DNA from: Candidatus Saccharimonadales bacterium
Lineage (GTDB): Bacteria > Patescibacteriota > Saccharimonadia > Saccharimonadales > JACDFO01
Length of the DNA: 64,000 bases
Reading direction: 5' to 3'
NCBI GenBank assembly: GCA_038255465.1
Contig: JBBSLJ010000004.1
Coordinates: 6-64,005, forward strand
Part shown: piece after piece, positions 52,157 to 61,055 of the stretch
How the letters are laid out: each line of letters starts with the position of its first letter
Position numbering within the stretch: the first letter of the stretch is position 1
Notes under the pieces: model-generated
Seen by the model: only the letters and a program-made list of their open reading frames with translations
Database searches by the model: none
Told to the model about the DNA's origin: nothing
Position numbers and translations under genes: made by a program

Positions 52157-54244
52157 ATGATACCAAATAACAAACCAAACGACAGCCAGGGCAAACGTCC
52201 ACCAAGAGGACAGAAGCCTCAGGGCACTAGCCAAAACAACAATAAAGGCGATGCGCCACTCGGACGCGGCGCCAGTAGAGGCGCAGCAATTCGCGCCCAG
52301 CGTCGGACGCATGACGACGCTCAGCGTGAAATTAGTCGCTACTTAGACCAGCCAAATACCGAAAACAGCGAACCGCGCCCGCGCGCTAACTTTATTGACG
52401 ATAGTCCGCGTCTCAAGATCATCGGTCTTGGTGGTATGGACGGCGGCGGTTCAAAGAACATGATGCTGGTTGAATACCAGAATGACGCAGTTATTATCGA
52501 CGCCGGTAATGACCTCGGTGTCGATTTACCCGGCATCAACTACGGCATCTGCGATGTCAGCTATGTTGAAACCATTAAGCACAAATTGCGGGCATACATC
52601 ATCACGCACGGTCACCTGGACCATATCGGCGGCTTGCCGCATATCGTGCCAAAACTGCCGGCACCAATTTACGGTTCTAAGTTCACGATTGGCCGCGTAA
52701 ACGAGATTTTTGATAATTTTGGACTGCCAATGCCAGAGGGCTTCAACCTCGAAACCATGGTTATGAACGAAGACACGCACGAACGACTCAAGGTCGGTAA
52801 TTTCTTTGTCGAACTGGTTCGCGTGACGCACTCAATTCCAGGTTCCACCATTGTCATATTAGATACCCCAGTTGGCCGGATTATTAACACTGGAGATTTC
52901 CGTCTTGATCCTAACCCGCTCGATCACGAACGAACAGATATAGAGAGACTGAAACAGCTTGGCGACGAAGGCGTGTTAGCACTGCTAAGCGAAAGTACAA
53001 CCACTGAGCGGGCAGGACGTACGCCTTCAGAAAGTACCATCGAACAAAGCTTTGTCGACCTTATGGAGCGTGCCCCTGGCCGTATTTTTGTGGCAATATT
53101 TAGCACCAACGTTAACCGTATCCAAATGATCGTGAACGCAGCAGTGCACCACAACAAAAAGATTGCGCTCGACGGCCGGAGCATGGTTTCTACGCTTGAA
53201 ATGGCGGTTCGAAGCGGCTTTATGAAGATTCCCAAAGGCACTTTTGTGCCAATTGCGAACGTGCCGAACATGAAAGACCAAGATGTTGTCATCGTTTGTA
53301 CCGGCGGTCAGGGCGAGCCAAGTTCTGCATTGCAGCGTATGGCGAGCGGCGATCACCGCCACATCAAACTAAAAGAGCAAGATACGGTTGTACTCTCAAG
53401 CACGCCAATTCCGGAGACCGGCAATGACGCACTGATTGGTAATATGGTTGATGACCTGATGCGCAAAGGCGTACATGTTTTCCGCCACGAAACCCATGAC
53501 ATTGACGGCTGCGGTCCATTGCACGTTTCTGGGCATGCCAGCATCGACGAGTATAAAGATATGATCGACATGACCAGGCCAAAATTCTTTATACCGATTT
53601 ATGGTTCGTACCGCAGCAAACAGCGACATGTCGAAATTGCTGTCGAACAGGGCATACCGCGCAAAAATACAGTGAACGCCGAAAACGGCGAAGTCATTGA
53701 ATTAACCGCTAACGACATGCAAGTAACGGGTAAGGTACCAGTTGGTACAGTACTTGTTGATCAAAGTGGCGAAGTCGTCAGTAGCGTTGTCATCAGAGAT
53801 CGTCTGCTACTTGCAGAAGAAGGCCTAGTGGCCGTTGTCTTAACCGTTGATAAAAAGACAGGCACGCTTGCAACTAGCCCCGACATCATTAGTCGTGGTT
53901 TCATCTATATGCGTGACAGCGAAGACCTTATGACGTCCTTCCGTACCGAACTTAAGCGCGCAGTAGCGCAACGCTTCAAGCGGATCGAGCTTGATCGTTT
54001 CAAAGTTGAGCTTAAAGAGCACGTGACGCACTTCTTGTTTGAGCATACCGGCCGAAGTCCGATTGTCATTCCGGTCGTGAATATTATTGGCGGACGCGGC
54101 GGGCCAAGCAACGCCAGACCACAAAACAACAGTGACAAACCAGTGGTCGAGGCACCGACTCCAGATCAAATAGCCGCCGAGCAACAGCGGCGGTTTGACG
54201 AGATGCGGGCCAAGCTATTAGGCCAAGACGCCCGCACAGACTAG
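52157..54244 (+). CDS. rnj: Ribonuclease J with basic disordered N-terminal extension
   Basis: Metallo-beta-lactamase HGHLDHIGG, beta-CASP region, C-terminal domain. Confidence 0.93.
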   Translation: MIPNNKPNDSQGKRPPRGQKPQGTSQNNNKGDAPLGRGASRGAAIRAQRRTHDDAQREISRYLDQPNTENSEPRPRANFIDDSPRLKIIGLGGMDGGGSKNMMLVEYQNDAVIIDAGNDLGVDLPGINYGICDVSYVETIKHKLRAYIITHGHLDHIGGLPHIVPKLPAPIYGSKFTIGRVNEIFDNFGLPMPEGFNLETMVMNEDTHERLKVGNFFVELVRVTHSIPGSTIVILDTPVGRIINTGDFRLDPNPLDHERTDIERLKQLGDEGVLALLSESTTTERAGRTPSESTIEQSFVDLMERAPGRIFVAIFSTNVNRIQMIVNAAVHHNKKIALDGRSMVSTLEMAVRSGFMKIPKGTFVPIANVPNMKDQDVVIVCTGGQGEPSSALQRMASGDHRHIKLKEQDTVVLSSTPIPETGNDALIGNMVDDLMRKGVHVFRHETHDIDGCGPLHVSGHASIDEYKDMIDMTRPKFFIPIYGSYRSKQRHVEIAVEQGIPRKNTVNAENGEVIELTANDMQVTGKVPVGTVLVDQSGEVVSSVVIRDRLLLAEEGLVAVVLTVDKKTGTLATSPDIISRGFIYMRDSEDLMTSFRTELKRAVAQRFKRIELDRFKVELKEHVTHFLFEHTGRSPIVIPVVNIIGGRGGPSNARPQNNSDKPVVEAPTPDQIAAEQQRRFDEMRAKLLGQDARTD

Positions 54245-54331
54245 TCTGGCTAACATGCCGCAAGAGACTGCTGCCAAGCTTTGCTCGGCACACCTCACTT
54301 GCTCTTGGCGCCCAGCGCATTTTTCAGTTCC

Positions 54332-54456
54332 GTTTCCTCCTGAGCAGTATTACTCATACAGCTCAGTCCGGTTCTCACTGAGAAAATGCACTGAGCACTC
54401 AAGCATGTTACCCAGCCCGCGGTAATCGAGGCTGCTCCTTCCTGAAATTGGGAAAC
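54332..54456 (+). ncRNA. Candidate structured 3' UTR element or 3'-derived sRNA downstream of rnj (unclassified)
   Basis: GTTTCC 54332-54337 pairs with GGAAAC 54451-54456; GAGCAG 54342-54347 with CTGCTC 54432-54437; GCTCAGT 54361-54367 with ACTGAGC 54390-54396; terminator follows immediately. Confidence 0.35.
54430..54446 (+). repeat. Partial copy (17-nt tail motif) of repeat family 1
   Basis: GGCTGCTCCTTCCTGAA identical to 982-998. Confidence 0.7.
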
Positions 54457-54487
54457 AAAAATATCCGGATCCAATCCGGATATTTTT
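54457..54487 (+). terminator. Rho-independent terminator (usable on both strands)
   Basis: AAAA-ATATCCGGA-TCCAA-TCCGGATAT-TTTT. Confidence 0.85.
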
Positions 54488-54551
54488 GTCACATCATATA
54501 TTAGTTAACCCGCAGTATATGAAGAGTGGATACTATCTAGGGAACACAATA

Positions 54552-54580
54552 TTGACAAAGCGTAAGCTATTTGGTATAAT
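54552..54580 (+). promoter_or_regulatory. Consensus promoter TTGACA-17-TATAAT for 54638-54970
   Basis: TTGACA 54552-54557, 17-nt spacer, TATAAT 54575-54580. Confidence 0.75.
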
Positions 54581-54637
54581 CCTTTTATTGTCAGTAAAAA
54601 TAAACAATAATAAAAAGACAATAAAAGGAATAAGCAA

Positions 54638-54970
54638 ATGTTTGGTTTAGGACACAAAAAAGAAGAAGTAGCAGCCAGTACTCCAGCAGTAGAAGCTCCA
54701 GAAGCATCACAAGCACAGTGGGATTCATTCGCCGCCAGTGCTGATGCGGCTAAAGAAGTAACTGAACCAAAGGTCGGTGATCCAGGTGGTACACGTGAAG
54801 GACTTGATGAGTCTGACAAAACAGGCGTAACGCATGACTTGGGCGGAACCGCACTTGGCGCAGAAGTTGACACTGAAAGTCTGGGCCCATTAGCCGAACT
54901 TCCGGCTGTTGTTAGCCCAGAAGTGCCAGCACAAGAGCAGCCCCAGCCCGAACAAAACACAGCCGCTTAA
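54638..54970 (+). CDS. Hypothetical small acidic protein, 110 aa
   Basis: Own consensus promoter, AAAGGA SD and own terminator; low-complexity acidic sequence. Confidence 0.6.
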   Translation: MFGLGHKKEEVAASTPAVEAPEASQAQWDSFAASADAAKEVTEPKVGDPGGTREGLDESDKTGVTHDLGGTALGAEVDTESLGPLAELPAVVSPEVPAQEQPQPEQNTAA

Positions 54971-54992
54971 TTAACGAAAACTTTATAGACTT

Positions 54993-55025
54993 AAAGGCCC
55001 TCCTAACAAGTGAGGGCTTTTAAAA
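54993..55025 (+). terminator. Rho-independent terminator
   Basis: AAAGGCCCTC-CTAACAAGT-GAGGGCTTT followed by TAAAAT. Confidence 0.75.
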
Positions 55026-55034
55026 TACGAACAA

Positions 55035-55063
55035 TTGACAAACGTTGTAATATTTGATATAAT
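55035..55063 (+). promoter_or_regulatory. Consensus promoter TTGACA-17-(TGA)TATAAT for ftsK
   Basis: TTGACA 55035-55040, TG 55055-55056, TATAAT 55058-55063. Confidence 0.75.
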
Positions 55064-55136
55064 ACAGCTATAAACGTAATCAGTTTAATTAAGAACTACC
55101 GTTTTAAACAAATTGTTTTATACTAAAGGGCGTACG

Positions 55137-57335
55137 ATGGCAAAAAAGAAAAAACAAACTAGAAAAAGAAAAGAAGCAGAGGTCCAAGAGCGATCAGTTT
55201 TTTGGCCTATTGCTGGGGCATTCATATTAGTGGTGCTGTCTTTCTTTTTGCTGCTGGGTGGCTTTGGCACTGGAGGTCCGCTGCCGGTTGGCTTATTTAA
55301 GGGCACGTACGCGGCGCTCGGAGCTGCTGCTTACCTGACGCCAGTGGCTTTGTTCTTTTTTGGCCTTTGGAAATTTAAGAGCGAAGACAAACAAATTCCG
55401 TTTATCAAATTTGCCGGCATGTTTTTGTTCTTGCTTATGGCTGCCGCCTGGTTGCATGTTGGCTTTATAGAGCGCAATAGCTTAACGCGTGAGTTTGAGG
55501 GCGGTTACGGTGGGGCGATCGGTAGCATGATTGGCGGAATTGTATTGAACGCACTTGATAAAATGCCGGCTGCAATCTTGTTCTTTGTCTTTATGGTACT
55601 GGCATGTATGTTGACGTTTGGAGTCTCTCCGCGAATTTTTCTGGGGCTTCTCGAAATGTTTAAGCGGCCGGAGGGTGAGGATACCGATCTGGCAGAGTTA
55701 AAGTCTCGCTCAGAAAGTGCCGGTTTTAAGCTGAACGAAGGGGTGCCGGTTGAGCACCATAACGGCCGGAACCGCGCACAATCAGCCATGCTTAAAAATA
55801 CAGCCCAAAAATTAACAATCAATCAAGATCATGCCGCCCTGACGGCAGCCAGCGATCCTGACTGGAAATTCCCGGGCGTTGATCTGCTGAACCAAAAACA
55901 AGACAAAGCAGACGCGGGCGATGTTGCAGGCAATGCCGAGAATATTAAAGAAACATTCAGTAATTTTCATATCGACGTGGAAATGGAAGGCGCAAATATC
56001 GGTCCGCGTGTGACGCAGTATACGTTAAAGCCGCCAACCGGAGTTAAACTGACAAAAATTACCGCACTCGAAAACAACTTGGCGCTCGATCTAGCCGCCC
56101 AATCCATTCGTATGGAAGCGCCGATTCCCGGCAAGCGACTTGTAGGTATCGAGGTGCCGAATATTAAGTCTGCCACGGTCAGAATAAGCAGTCTGCTCCA
56201 GTCTAATGAATGGGGAAATGTAAACAGCCCGTTAGGCTTTGTGATTGGTAAAGATATTGCCGGACAACCGGTAGTGGGTGACCTGGCAAAAATGCCGCAT
56301 CTTTTGGTAGCTGGCCAGACCGGTTCAGGTAAGTCGGTGATGATTAATACTATTTTAACCAGCTTGTTGTACCGCAATAGCCCGTCAGATCTTAAGCTGA
56401 TTCTGGTTGACCCAAAGCAAGTTGAGCTTAATCAGTACAATGGCATTCCTCATCTGTTAACGCCGGTTATTATTGAGCCAGAAAAATGTATTAGTGCGCT
56501 AAAGTGGGCCGTGGCCGAGATGGAGCGCCGTCTGCGTACTATGTCCGAAGTAAGCCGCAAAGACATAGCTTCATATAATGCGCTCAAGAAGGAAGAAGGC
56601 ATGCCGTATATTGTTATCGTTATTGACGAGCTTGCCGATCTTATGATGATGGCGGCCCGCGATGTTGAGGCACTTATTGTACGCTTGGCTCAAAAAGCCC
56701 GTGCAACCGGTATACATTTGGTGTTGGCAACTCAGCGTCCGTCGGTGGATGTTATTACCGGACTCATTAAGGCTAACGTACCTGGCCGTATCGCATTTAC
56801 CACGCAGAGCCAGATTGACAGCCGTACAATCATTGATCAAATGGGGGCAGAGAAACTGCTGGGCATGGGTGACATGTTGCTGCTAACAAGTGATATGCCT
56901 AAGCCTCGACGTGTCCAGGCGGCGTTTATTGCTGAAGTCGAAACCGGCAAGGTAACTGACTATATCCGTATGCAGCGTCCGCCGCAGTATGACGACGAAA
57001 TTATCAGCCAGCCGGTCCAGCTGAACGGCAAGGGCGGCGTTGTGGCAGATTATGGCGGCCAGGATCCTGATGAGGATATGTACAAAGATGCAGTTCGTGC
57101 AGTTATTGATGGAAAAAAGGCCAGTACATCGTTGTTGCAGCGCAGATTACGCATTGGTTACGGCCGTGCAGCACGCCTGATTGAAACAATGGAAGAACAG
57201 GGCATTATCAGCAGCGCCGACGGTAATCGTCCGCGAGAGGTGCTGGTAAGCAGCCTTGACGAAGTATTTGGCGGGGGCGGCGCAGGCTCAGATGAAATGT
57301 ACGACGAAAACTTCCCGGACAATCCTAAAGACTAA
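55137..57335 (+). CDS. ftsK: DNA translocase FtsK/SpoIIIE
   Basis: N-terminal TM domain, Walker A GQTGSGKS, Walker B VIVIDELADL, C-terminal gamma-like winged helix. Confidence 0.95.
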   Translation: MAKKKKQTRKRKEAEVQERSVFWPIAGAFILVVLSFFLLLGGFGTGGPLPVGLFKGTYAALGAAAYLTPVALFFFGLWKFKSEDKQIPFIKFAGMFLFLLMAAAWLHVGFIERNSLTREFEGGYGGAIGSMIGGIVLNALDKMPAAILFFVFMVLACMLTFGVSPRIFLGLLEMFKRPEGEDTDLAELKSRSESAGFKLNEGVPVEHHNGRNRAQSAMLKNTAQKLTINQDHAALTAASDPDWKFPGVDLLNQKQDKADAGDVAGNAENIKETFSNFHIDVEMEGANIGPRVTQYTLKPPTGVKLTKITALENNLALDLAAQSIRMEAPIPGKRLVGIEVPNIKSATVRISSLLQSNEWGNVNSPLGFVIGKDIAGQPVVGDLAKMPHLLVAGQTGSGKSVMINTILTSLLYRNSPSDLKLILVDPKQVELNQYNGIPHLLTPVIIEPEKCISALKWAVAEMERRLRTMSEVSRKDIASYNALKKEEGMPYIVIVIDELADLMMMAARDVEALIVRLAQKARATGIHLVLATQRPSVDVITGLIKANVPGRIAFTTQSQIDSRTIIDQMGAEKLLGMGDMLLLTSDMPKPRRVQAAFIAEVETGKVTDYIRMQRPPQYDDEIISQPVQLNGKGGVVADYGGQDPDEDMYKDAVRAVIDGKKASTSLLQRRLRIGYGRAARLIETMEEQGIISSADGNRPREVLVSSLDEVFGGGGAGSDEMYDENFPDNPKD

Positions 57336-57350
57336 TAGTTAACCAGCTAG

Positions 57351-58088
57351 TTAGGCCGCTTGCGGCTCTGTCATGCGCGGCACCAGCGCGCCATTTTTAA
57401 GACGGCGCTTCAAGGCGCGTACACATGTCAATCGGGGTATAACAATAATTCGATCTTCGTCAGGTATTGATTCAAGATGCCGGGCGGTCCATCGCCAGCC
57501 ATCTAGGCGTTCATATAATTCGCTAAGCCAGTACTCATTATTTACTAATTCTTCAACTGAAAAGTCTTTTTGTTGGCTGCGTGGCGTAATGCCTGCAACG
57601 TTTCCCAGAACGCGCCGTGTTGTGTCCTTCTTTTGCTCGTAGTCGTCACGTGCTTTGTCTAGTAATACTACTCCTTGCAACAGCCGGTTTGCAGCCGACC
57701 AGGCGGCGTTTCGCCGACGGATTGCTTCGATAGAAGGCACTAATGGCCATTCCGTAATGTATTCTGCCCATTCATGCAGTGGTCGTGGCACATAGGCTTT
57801 TTGGGGTGGGCTGTCGCGGAACTTACTAATTTCCACGCTGTCCGGCCTTTCGTAACTGGCGGCAAGGTCTCTCCAGTAGCTTTCAGTGCCATATACGTGG
57901 TGCACGTCCCGTTCGGCAGTAAACAGTTGCTCTCTATCATCAGGGTAGGTCCATACGGCTAAATCAAATAACGCGTCAACATCCGCTATCCCTTGCGAAT
58001 TTAGAGGTGCGTCGAATTTCTGGGTCTGGTAGTTGTAAAGGCGTGCGTATTTTTCTGGGAAGTCAGGAGATATGCGCGCTTCTTTCAT
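57351..58088 (-). CDS. Hypothetical protein, 245 aa
   Basis: Long ORF; no family recognised. Confidence 0.6.
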   Translation of the reverse strand: MKEARISPDFPEKYARLYNYQTQKFDAPLNSQGIADVDALFDLAVWTYPDDREQLFTAERDVHHVYGTESYWRDLAASYERPDSVEISKFRDSPPQKAYVPRPLHEWAEYITEWPLVPSIEAIRRRNAAWSAANRLLQGVVLLDKARDDYEQKKDTTRRVLGNVAGITPRSQQKDFSVEELVNNEYWLSELYERLDGWRWTARHLESIPDEDRIIVIPRLTCVRALKRRLKNGALVPRMTEPQAA

Positions 58089-58206
58089 TATTTCGGTGTT
58101 ACCTGATGTATTTTTATGTTCATGCTTAAGCTCATTGTGCCGTAAAGCAACGCTAACTGTCTATTGTAAAATTGTCAGCTTACAAAACGGGAAAGAACTG
58201 TATTGT

Positions 58207-58256
58207 AGGCAGCTCGTGTTGGCGTAAAGTGGCCGACGCGAGTCTAGCCACTGCCT
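58207..58256 (+). other. Extended hairpin abutting the rpsF -35 box
   Basis: AGGCAG/CTGCCT outer and CTCGTGTTGGC/GCCGACGCGAG inner helices; two T:G wobbles on the plus strand become A:C mismatches on the minus strand. Confidence 0.4.
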
Positions 58257-58257
58257 A

Positions 58258-58286
58258 TTGACCAACAGGGGTTATTAATGTAGAAT
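58258..58286 (+). promoter_or_regulatory. Promoter TTGACC-17-TAGAAT for rpsF-rpsR
   Basis: TTGACC 58258-58263, 17-nt spacer, TAGAAT 58281-58286. Confidence 0.7.
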
Positions 58287-58359
58287 AAACCAGTTATTAA
58301 CTCAAGCTCATGGCCAATACAGGTGCGCATGGGCTTTAACCAAAGGAGAAGACTCTCTT

Positions 58360-58752
58360 ATGAATCAATACGAAATTGCCGTATTGTATCACCCTGACCT
58401 TGAGGTCGATTTGACCAAGGCAGAAGAACGGGTGACCAAAATTATTGCCGATAACGGCGGTAAAATTACGGCTACAGACAACTGGGGCAAGCGTAAGCTC
58501 GCCTACACCATTAAAAAGCAGGAACATGCCGTGTACGTGTTCTATACCGTTGAAATGCCAGGAGAAAACGTCAACAAAGTTGAAGGCATACTTAACATTA
58601 CCGACGAAGTTATCCGCTATCTTATTGTTCGTCCGGATCTTAAAAAGATCGCAAAGGCCGAGGCCGCAAAAGCTGATAAAGCCAAAAAACAAGCAGAACG
58701 TGGCGACCGCAAGGACGATGAAGATGAAGAAAGAAGTGAGGAAGAAGCATAA
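58360..58752 (+). CDS. rpsF: Ribosomal protein S6 with acidic C-terminal tail
   Basis: [15 protein letters not shown]...[12 protein letters not shown]; AAAGGAG SD. Confidence 0.95.
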   Translation: MNQYEIAVLYHPDLEVDLTKAEERVTKIIADNGGKITATDNWGKRKLAYTIKKQEHAVYVFYTVEMPGENVNKVEGILNITDEVIRYLIVRPDLKKIAKAEAAKADKAKKQAERGDRKDDEDEERSEEEA

Positions 58753-58955
58753 TGGCTAAGATTTTTAAACACCGTACAGATGTAGCCTACTTTGACTACA
58801 AAGATTTCAAAACCCTACAACGCTATGTAAACGGTTTTGGTCAGATTGAAACCCGCAAAAAAACGGGCCTAAAAGAGCACGAGCAGCGTCGTTTGGCGGT
58901 TGCGGTCAAGCGCGCGCGCCACATCGCATTACTGCCGTTTGTAGCCACTAGCTAA
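58752..58955 (+). CDS. rpsR: Ribosomal protein S18
   Basis: [14 protein letters not shown]...[18 protein letters not shown]; start overlaps the rpsF stop (TAATG). Confidence 0.95.
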   Translation: MAKIFKHRTDVAYFDYKDFKTLQRYVNGFGQIETRKKTGLKEHEQRRLAVAVKRARHIALLPFVATS

Positions 58956-58958
58956 AAA

Positions 58959-58994
58959 AGGTTTTAGGTTATAGGTGCTAGGTTCTAGAGCGTT
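58959..58994 (+). repeat. Repeat family 2, copy R2
   Basis: AGGTTTTAGGTTATAGGTGCTAGGTTCTAGAGCGTT. Confidence 0.75.
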
Positions 58995-59024
58995 TTTCTA
59001 GAACCTAAGGCCTCGCACCTAGAA
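58972..59024 (+). other. Long stem-loop after rpsR (possible terminator or processing site; no U tract)
   Basis: TAGGTTCTAGA/TCTAGAACCTA (11 bp) extended by TAGGTGC/GCACCTA across a 7-nt bulge. Confidence 0.5.
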
Positions 59025-59115
59025 CCTTCTACGCTTGACGTTAAATAGACGGGAGCGTACTTTAATAGTACAAACAATCTAAGGGACATAGATCCTATAA
59101 GAAAGGGGATGCCAC

Positions 59116-59595
59116 ATGGCACGTAGTTTTAACCAAGTAATTTTAATGGGTAACCTGACTCGGGACCCAGAGCTCAGGGCGATCCCGAGCGGTCAGAACG
59201 TGTGTAATTTTACACTGGCGCTCAACCGCAGTTTTAAGGGCGCTGACGGCGAATGGCAAGAAGCTACAGACTTCATTGACGTGGTGGCTTGGGGGCCGCT
59301 AGGCGAGCGCGTAGCGCAGTACCTCAGTAAGGGTCGACCATGTCTGGTTAACGGACGTTTGCAATCCCGTAACTGGGAGCAGGACGGTCAAAAGCGTAGC
59401 AAAGTTGAAGTTAACGCTCAGGACGTAACATTCCTCGGCGGCGCAGAAGGTGGTGGCAGCCGCACGTCAGGCGGTGATGAATTTGATCAATCTGCTGCAC
59501 CCAAGACCAAACCCGGCAAATCAGCCAAAAAAGATGACGTTGTCATCGAAGACATCGGCGACGAGCCCATCAATTTAGACGACATCCCGTTTTAA
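59116..59595 (+). CDS. ssb: Single-stranded DNA-binding protein
   Basis: OB fold NQVILMGNLTRDPELR, Gly-rich linker, acidic tip LDDIPF. Confidence 0.95.
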   Translation: MARSFNQVILMGNLTRDPELRAIPSGQNVCNFTLALNRSFKGADGEWQEATDFIDVVAWGPLGERVAQYLSKGRPCLVNGRLQSRNWEQDGQKRSKVEVNAQDVTFLGGAEGGGSRTSGGDEFDQSAAPKTKPGKSAKKDDVVIEDIGDEPINLDDIPF

Positions 59596-59797
59596 CAAAT
59601 TGCTGACTGCACATTCTGGGCGAAAAGCTGAAGTCGTGATTTTGCCAAGAATCAAACTTGCTTTGAATCTTGCAAAAAGCTCATGTCGTCAAAAATCCTC
59701 GCAGTATTAATCATACAGCTCCGATTTTGTGCTCGCTTTTCATCCCAGACTGCACTAGCCAAAATCTCTTAAAACCATCCATATAAGAGAGGTGACC

Positions 59798-60199
59798 ATG
59801 ACAGAAATATCGTTAGCGTTACTTACGCTCCCAGATGGCAGAATTGTTTTTCAAAGACGTGATGCCCGAGCATCTATGAGTCCAAATTTGCTTGGATTTT
59901 TTGGCGGGCATGTTGATGAAGGCGAAACCTTCGACGAAGCGATGAACAGAGAACTTAAAGAAGAAACTTCCCTCGATGTCGATGAGCTTATAATAAGCCA
60001 CATGACTGACTATAAACTTGAAGTACAGCCAGGTAAAACCGTGTCTTTTCATCTTTATGGATCAACTATACCAAATATGGATTTTGAAGTATTTGAAGGA
60101 GATCGGGCTGAAGCTTACCATAGAGAAGAAGCATTGGTACGTGATGATCTTACTCCCTCTGCAAAATACGTTTTAACAAATATATTAGGAGAAAGCTAA
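59798..60199 (+). CDS. NUDIX hydrolase
   Basis: Nudix box GGHVDEGETFDEAMNRELKEETSL; ATG 59798 lies 5 nt after AGAGAGG. Confidence 0.85.
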   Translation: MTEISLALLTLPDGRIVFQRRDARASMSPNLLGFFGGHVDEGETFDEAMNRELKEETSLDVDELIISHMTDYKLEVQPGKTVSFHLYGSTIPNMDFEVFEGDRAEAYHREEALVRDDLTPSAKYVLTNILGES

Positions 60200-60480
60200 T
60201 GGATGAGTTACGAAAAGAAGCAATTAACTTGCGGCAGGTGTTTCGAGACAAGATAGACGATTCTTCCAAGCCAGAAGCGCATGAGCTTGAGAATGCGATT
60301 ACGCGTATAGAAGATGATATCCAGTCAAAAAAGCCGCCACGCAGTATTGAAGACCAGCTCAAGCGTGTTATCCAGTTGCTATCCAGTGGCGACGGTAAGG
60401 GCTTTATGGATGATCGAGATCTGGATGATCTGAAGGACCGGTGTGAAGATATGCGGAATCAAGTACGAAAGTTGATGTAA
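60199..60480 (+). CDS. Hypothetical small helical acidic protein, 93 aa
   Basis: ORF abutting the NUDIX stop; no family recognised. Confidence 0.5.
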   Translation: MDELRKEAINLRQVFRDKIDDSSKPEAHELENAITRIEDDIQSKKPPRSIEDQLKRVIQLLSSGDGKGFMDDRDLDDLKDRCEDMRNQVRKLM

Positions 60481-60488
60481 GGAGCTCT

Positions 60489-61055
60489 ATGGCACTAGGC
60501 GTTACTGATTTAAAAAAAGGGCAGGTGTTTCAAATGGACGGAACACCCTACAGGGTTGTTGAGTATGCTCAAAAGGTAATGGGCCGCGGCGGATCAATTG
60601 TGAACGTAAAAATTAAGAGCTTAACAGACGGCAAAGTACTTGAAAAGACGTTTAAAGGTAACGAATCTATCGAGCCGGCCGATATAACGTATAAGAATGT
60701 CCAGTACCTCTATAATGACGGTAGCGCATTTTTTTTCATGGATGATGAGACGTATGAGCAGTTTGAGCTGCCAGTCGCAGACATGGATGACAAGGGCGGT
60801 TATATGAAAGAGGGCGATACAGTTCAGGCCCAATTTTTTGATGGCCGGGCAATAAACATCGAGCTCCCTAAAAACGTGCCATTAAAAGTTACCTACGCCG
60901 AAGATGTTGTTAAGGGCGACACCACAAGCTCGGTTTTAAAAGACGCCACAGTTGAAACAGGCATTACCGTTAAAGTGCCCTCGTTTATTAAAACCGGTGA
61001 TGTGATCAGCATTGATACAACCACAGGAGCGTATCGTGAGCGGGTCAAAAACTAG
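60489..61055 (+). CDS. efp: Elongation factor P
   Basis: Three-domain EF-P pattern: GQVFQMDGTPYRVVEYAQKVMGRGGS ... VETGITVKVPSFI. Confidence 0.93.
   Translation: MALGVTDLKKGQVFQMDGTPYRVVEYAQKVMGRGGSIVNVKIKSLTDGKVLEKTFKGNESIEPADITYKNVQYLYNDGSAFFFMDDETYEQFELPVADMDDKGGYMKEGDTVQAQFFDGRAINIELPKNVPLKVTYAEDVVKGDTTSSVLKDATVETGITVKVPSFIKTGDVISIDTTTGAYRERVKN

Noticed and set aside
54425-54450. SRP (4.5S) RNA: the minus strand reads CAGGAAGGAGCAGCC, reminiscent of the helix-8 GGAAGGAAGCAGCC motif
   Set aside because: The same motif is a repeat-family tail present at seven loci, including right after groL. The conserved 5' partner strand and a GNRA-closed helix are absent. A definitive check would be cmsearch with the Rfam bacterial SRP models.
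54505-54960. 151-aa minus-strand ORF overlapping 54638-54970
   Set aside because: The plus-strand gene has a consensus promoter, an SD and a terminator. The minus ORF runs through that promoter and has none of these.
57351-58088. Possible HNH-type nuclease suggested by ERDVHHVYG
   Set aside because: There is only a single HH dipeptide. No second His/Asn or Cys pairs occur at HNH spacing, so the call is not supportable from sequence alone.
58752-59595. Gene order rpsF-rpsR-ssb instead of the common rpsF-ssb-rpsR, and no rplI downstream
   Set aside because: This is a real observation, but gene-order variants of this cluster are common across bacteria. ssb simply has its own upstream hairpin and probable promoter, so it is not unusual enough to list as a finding.
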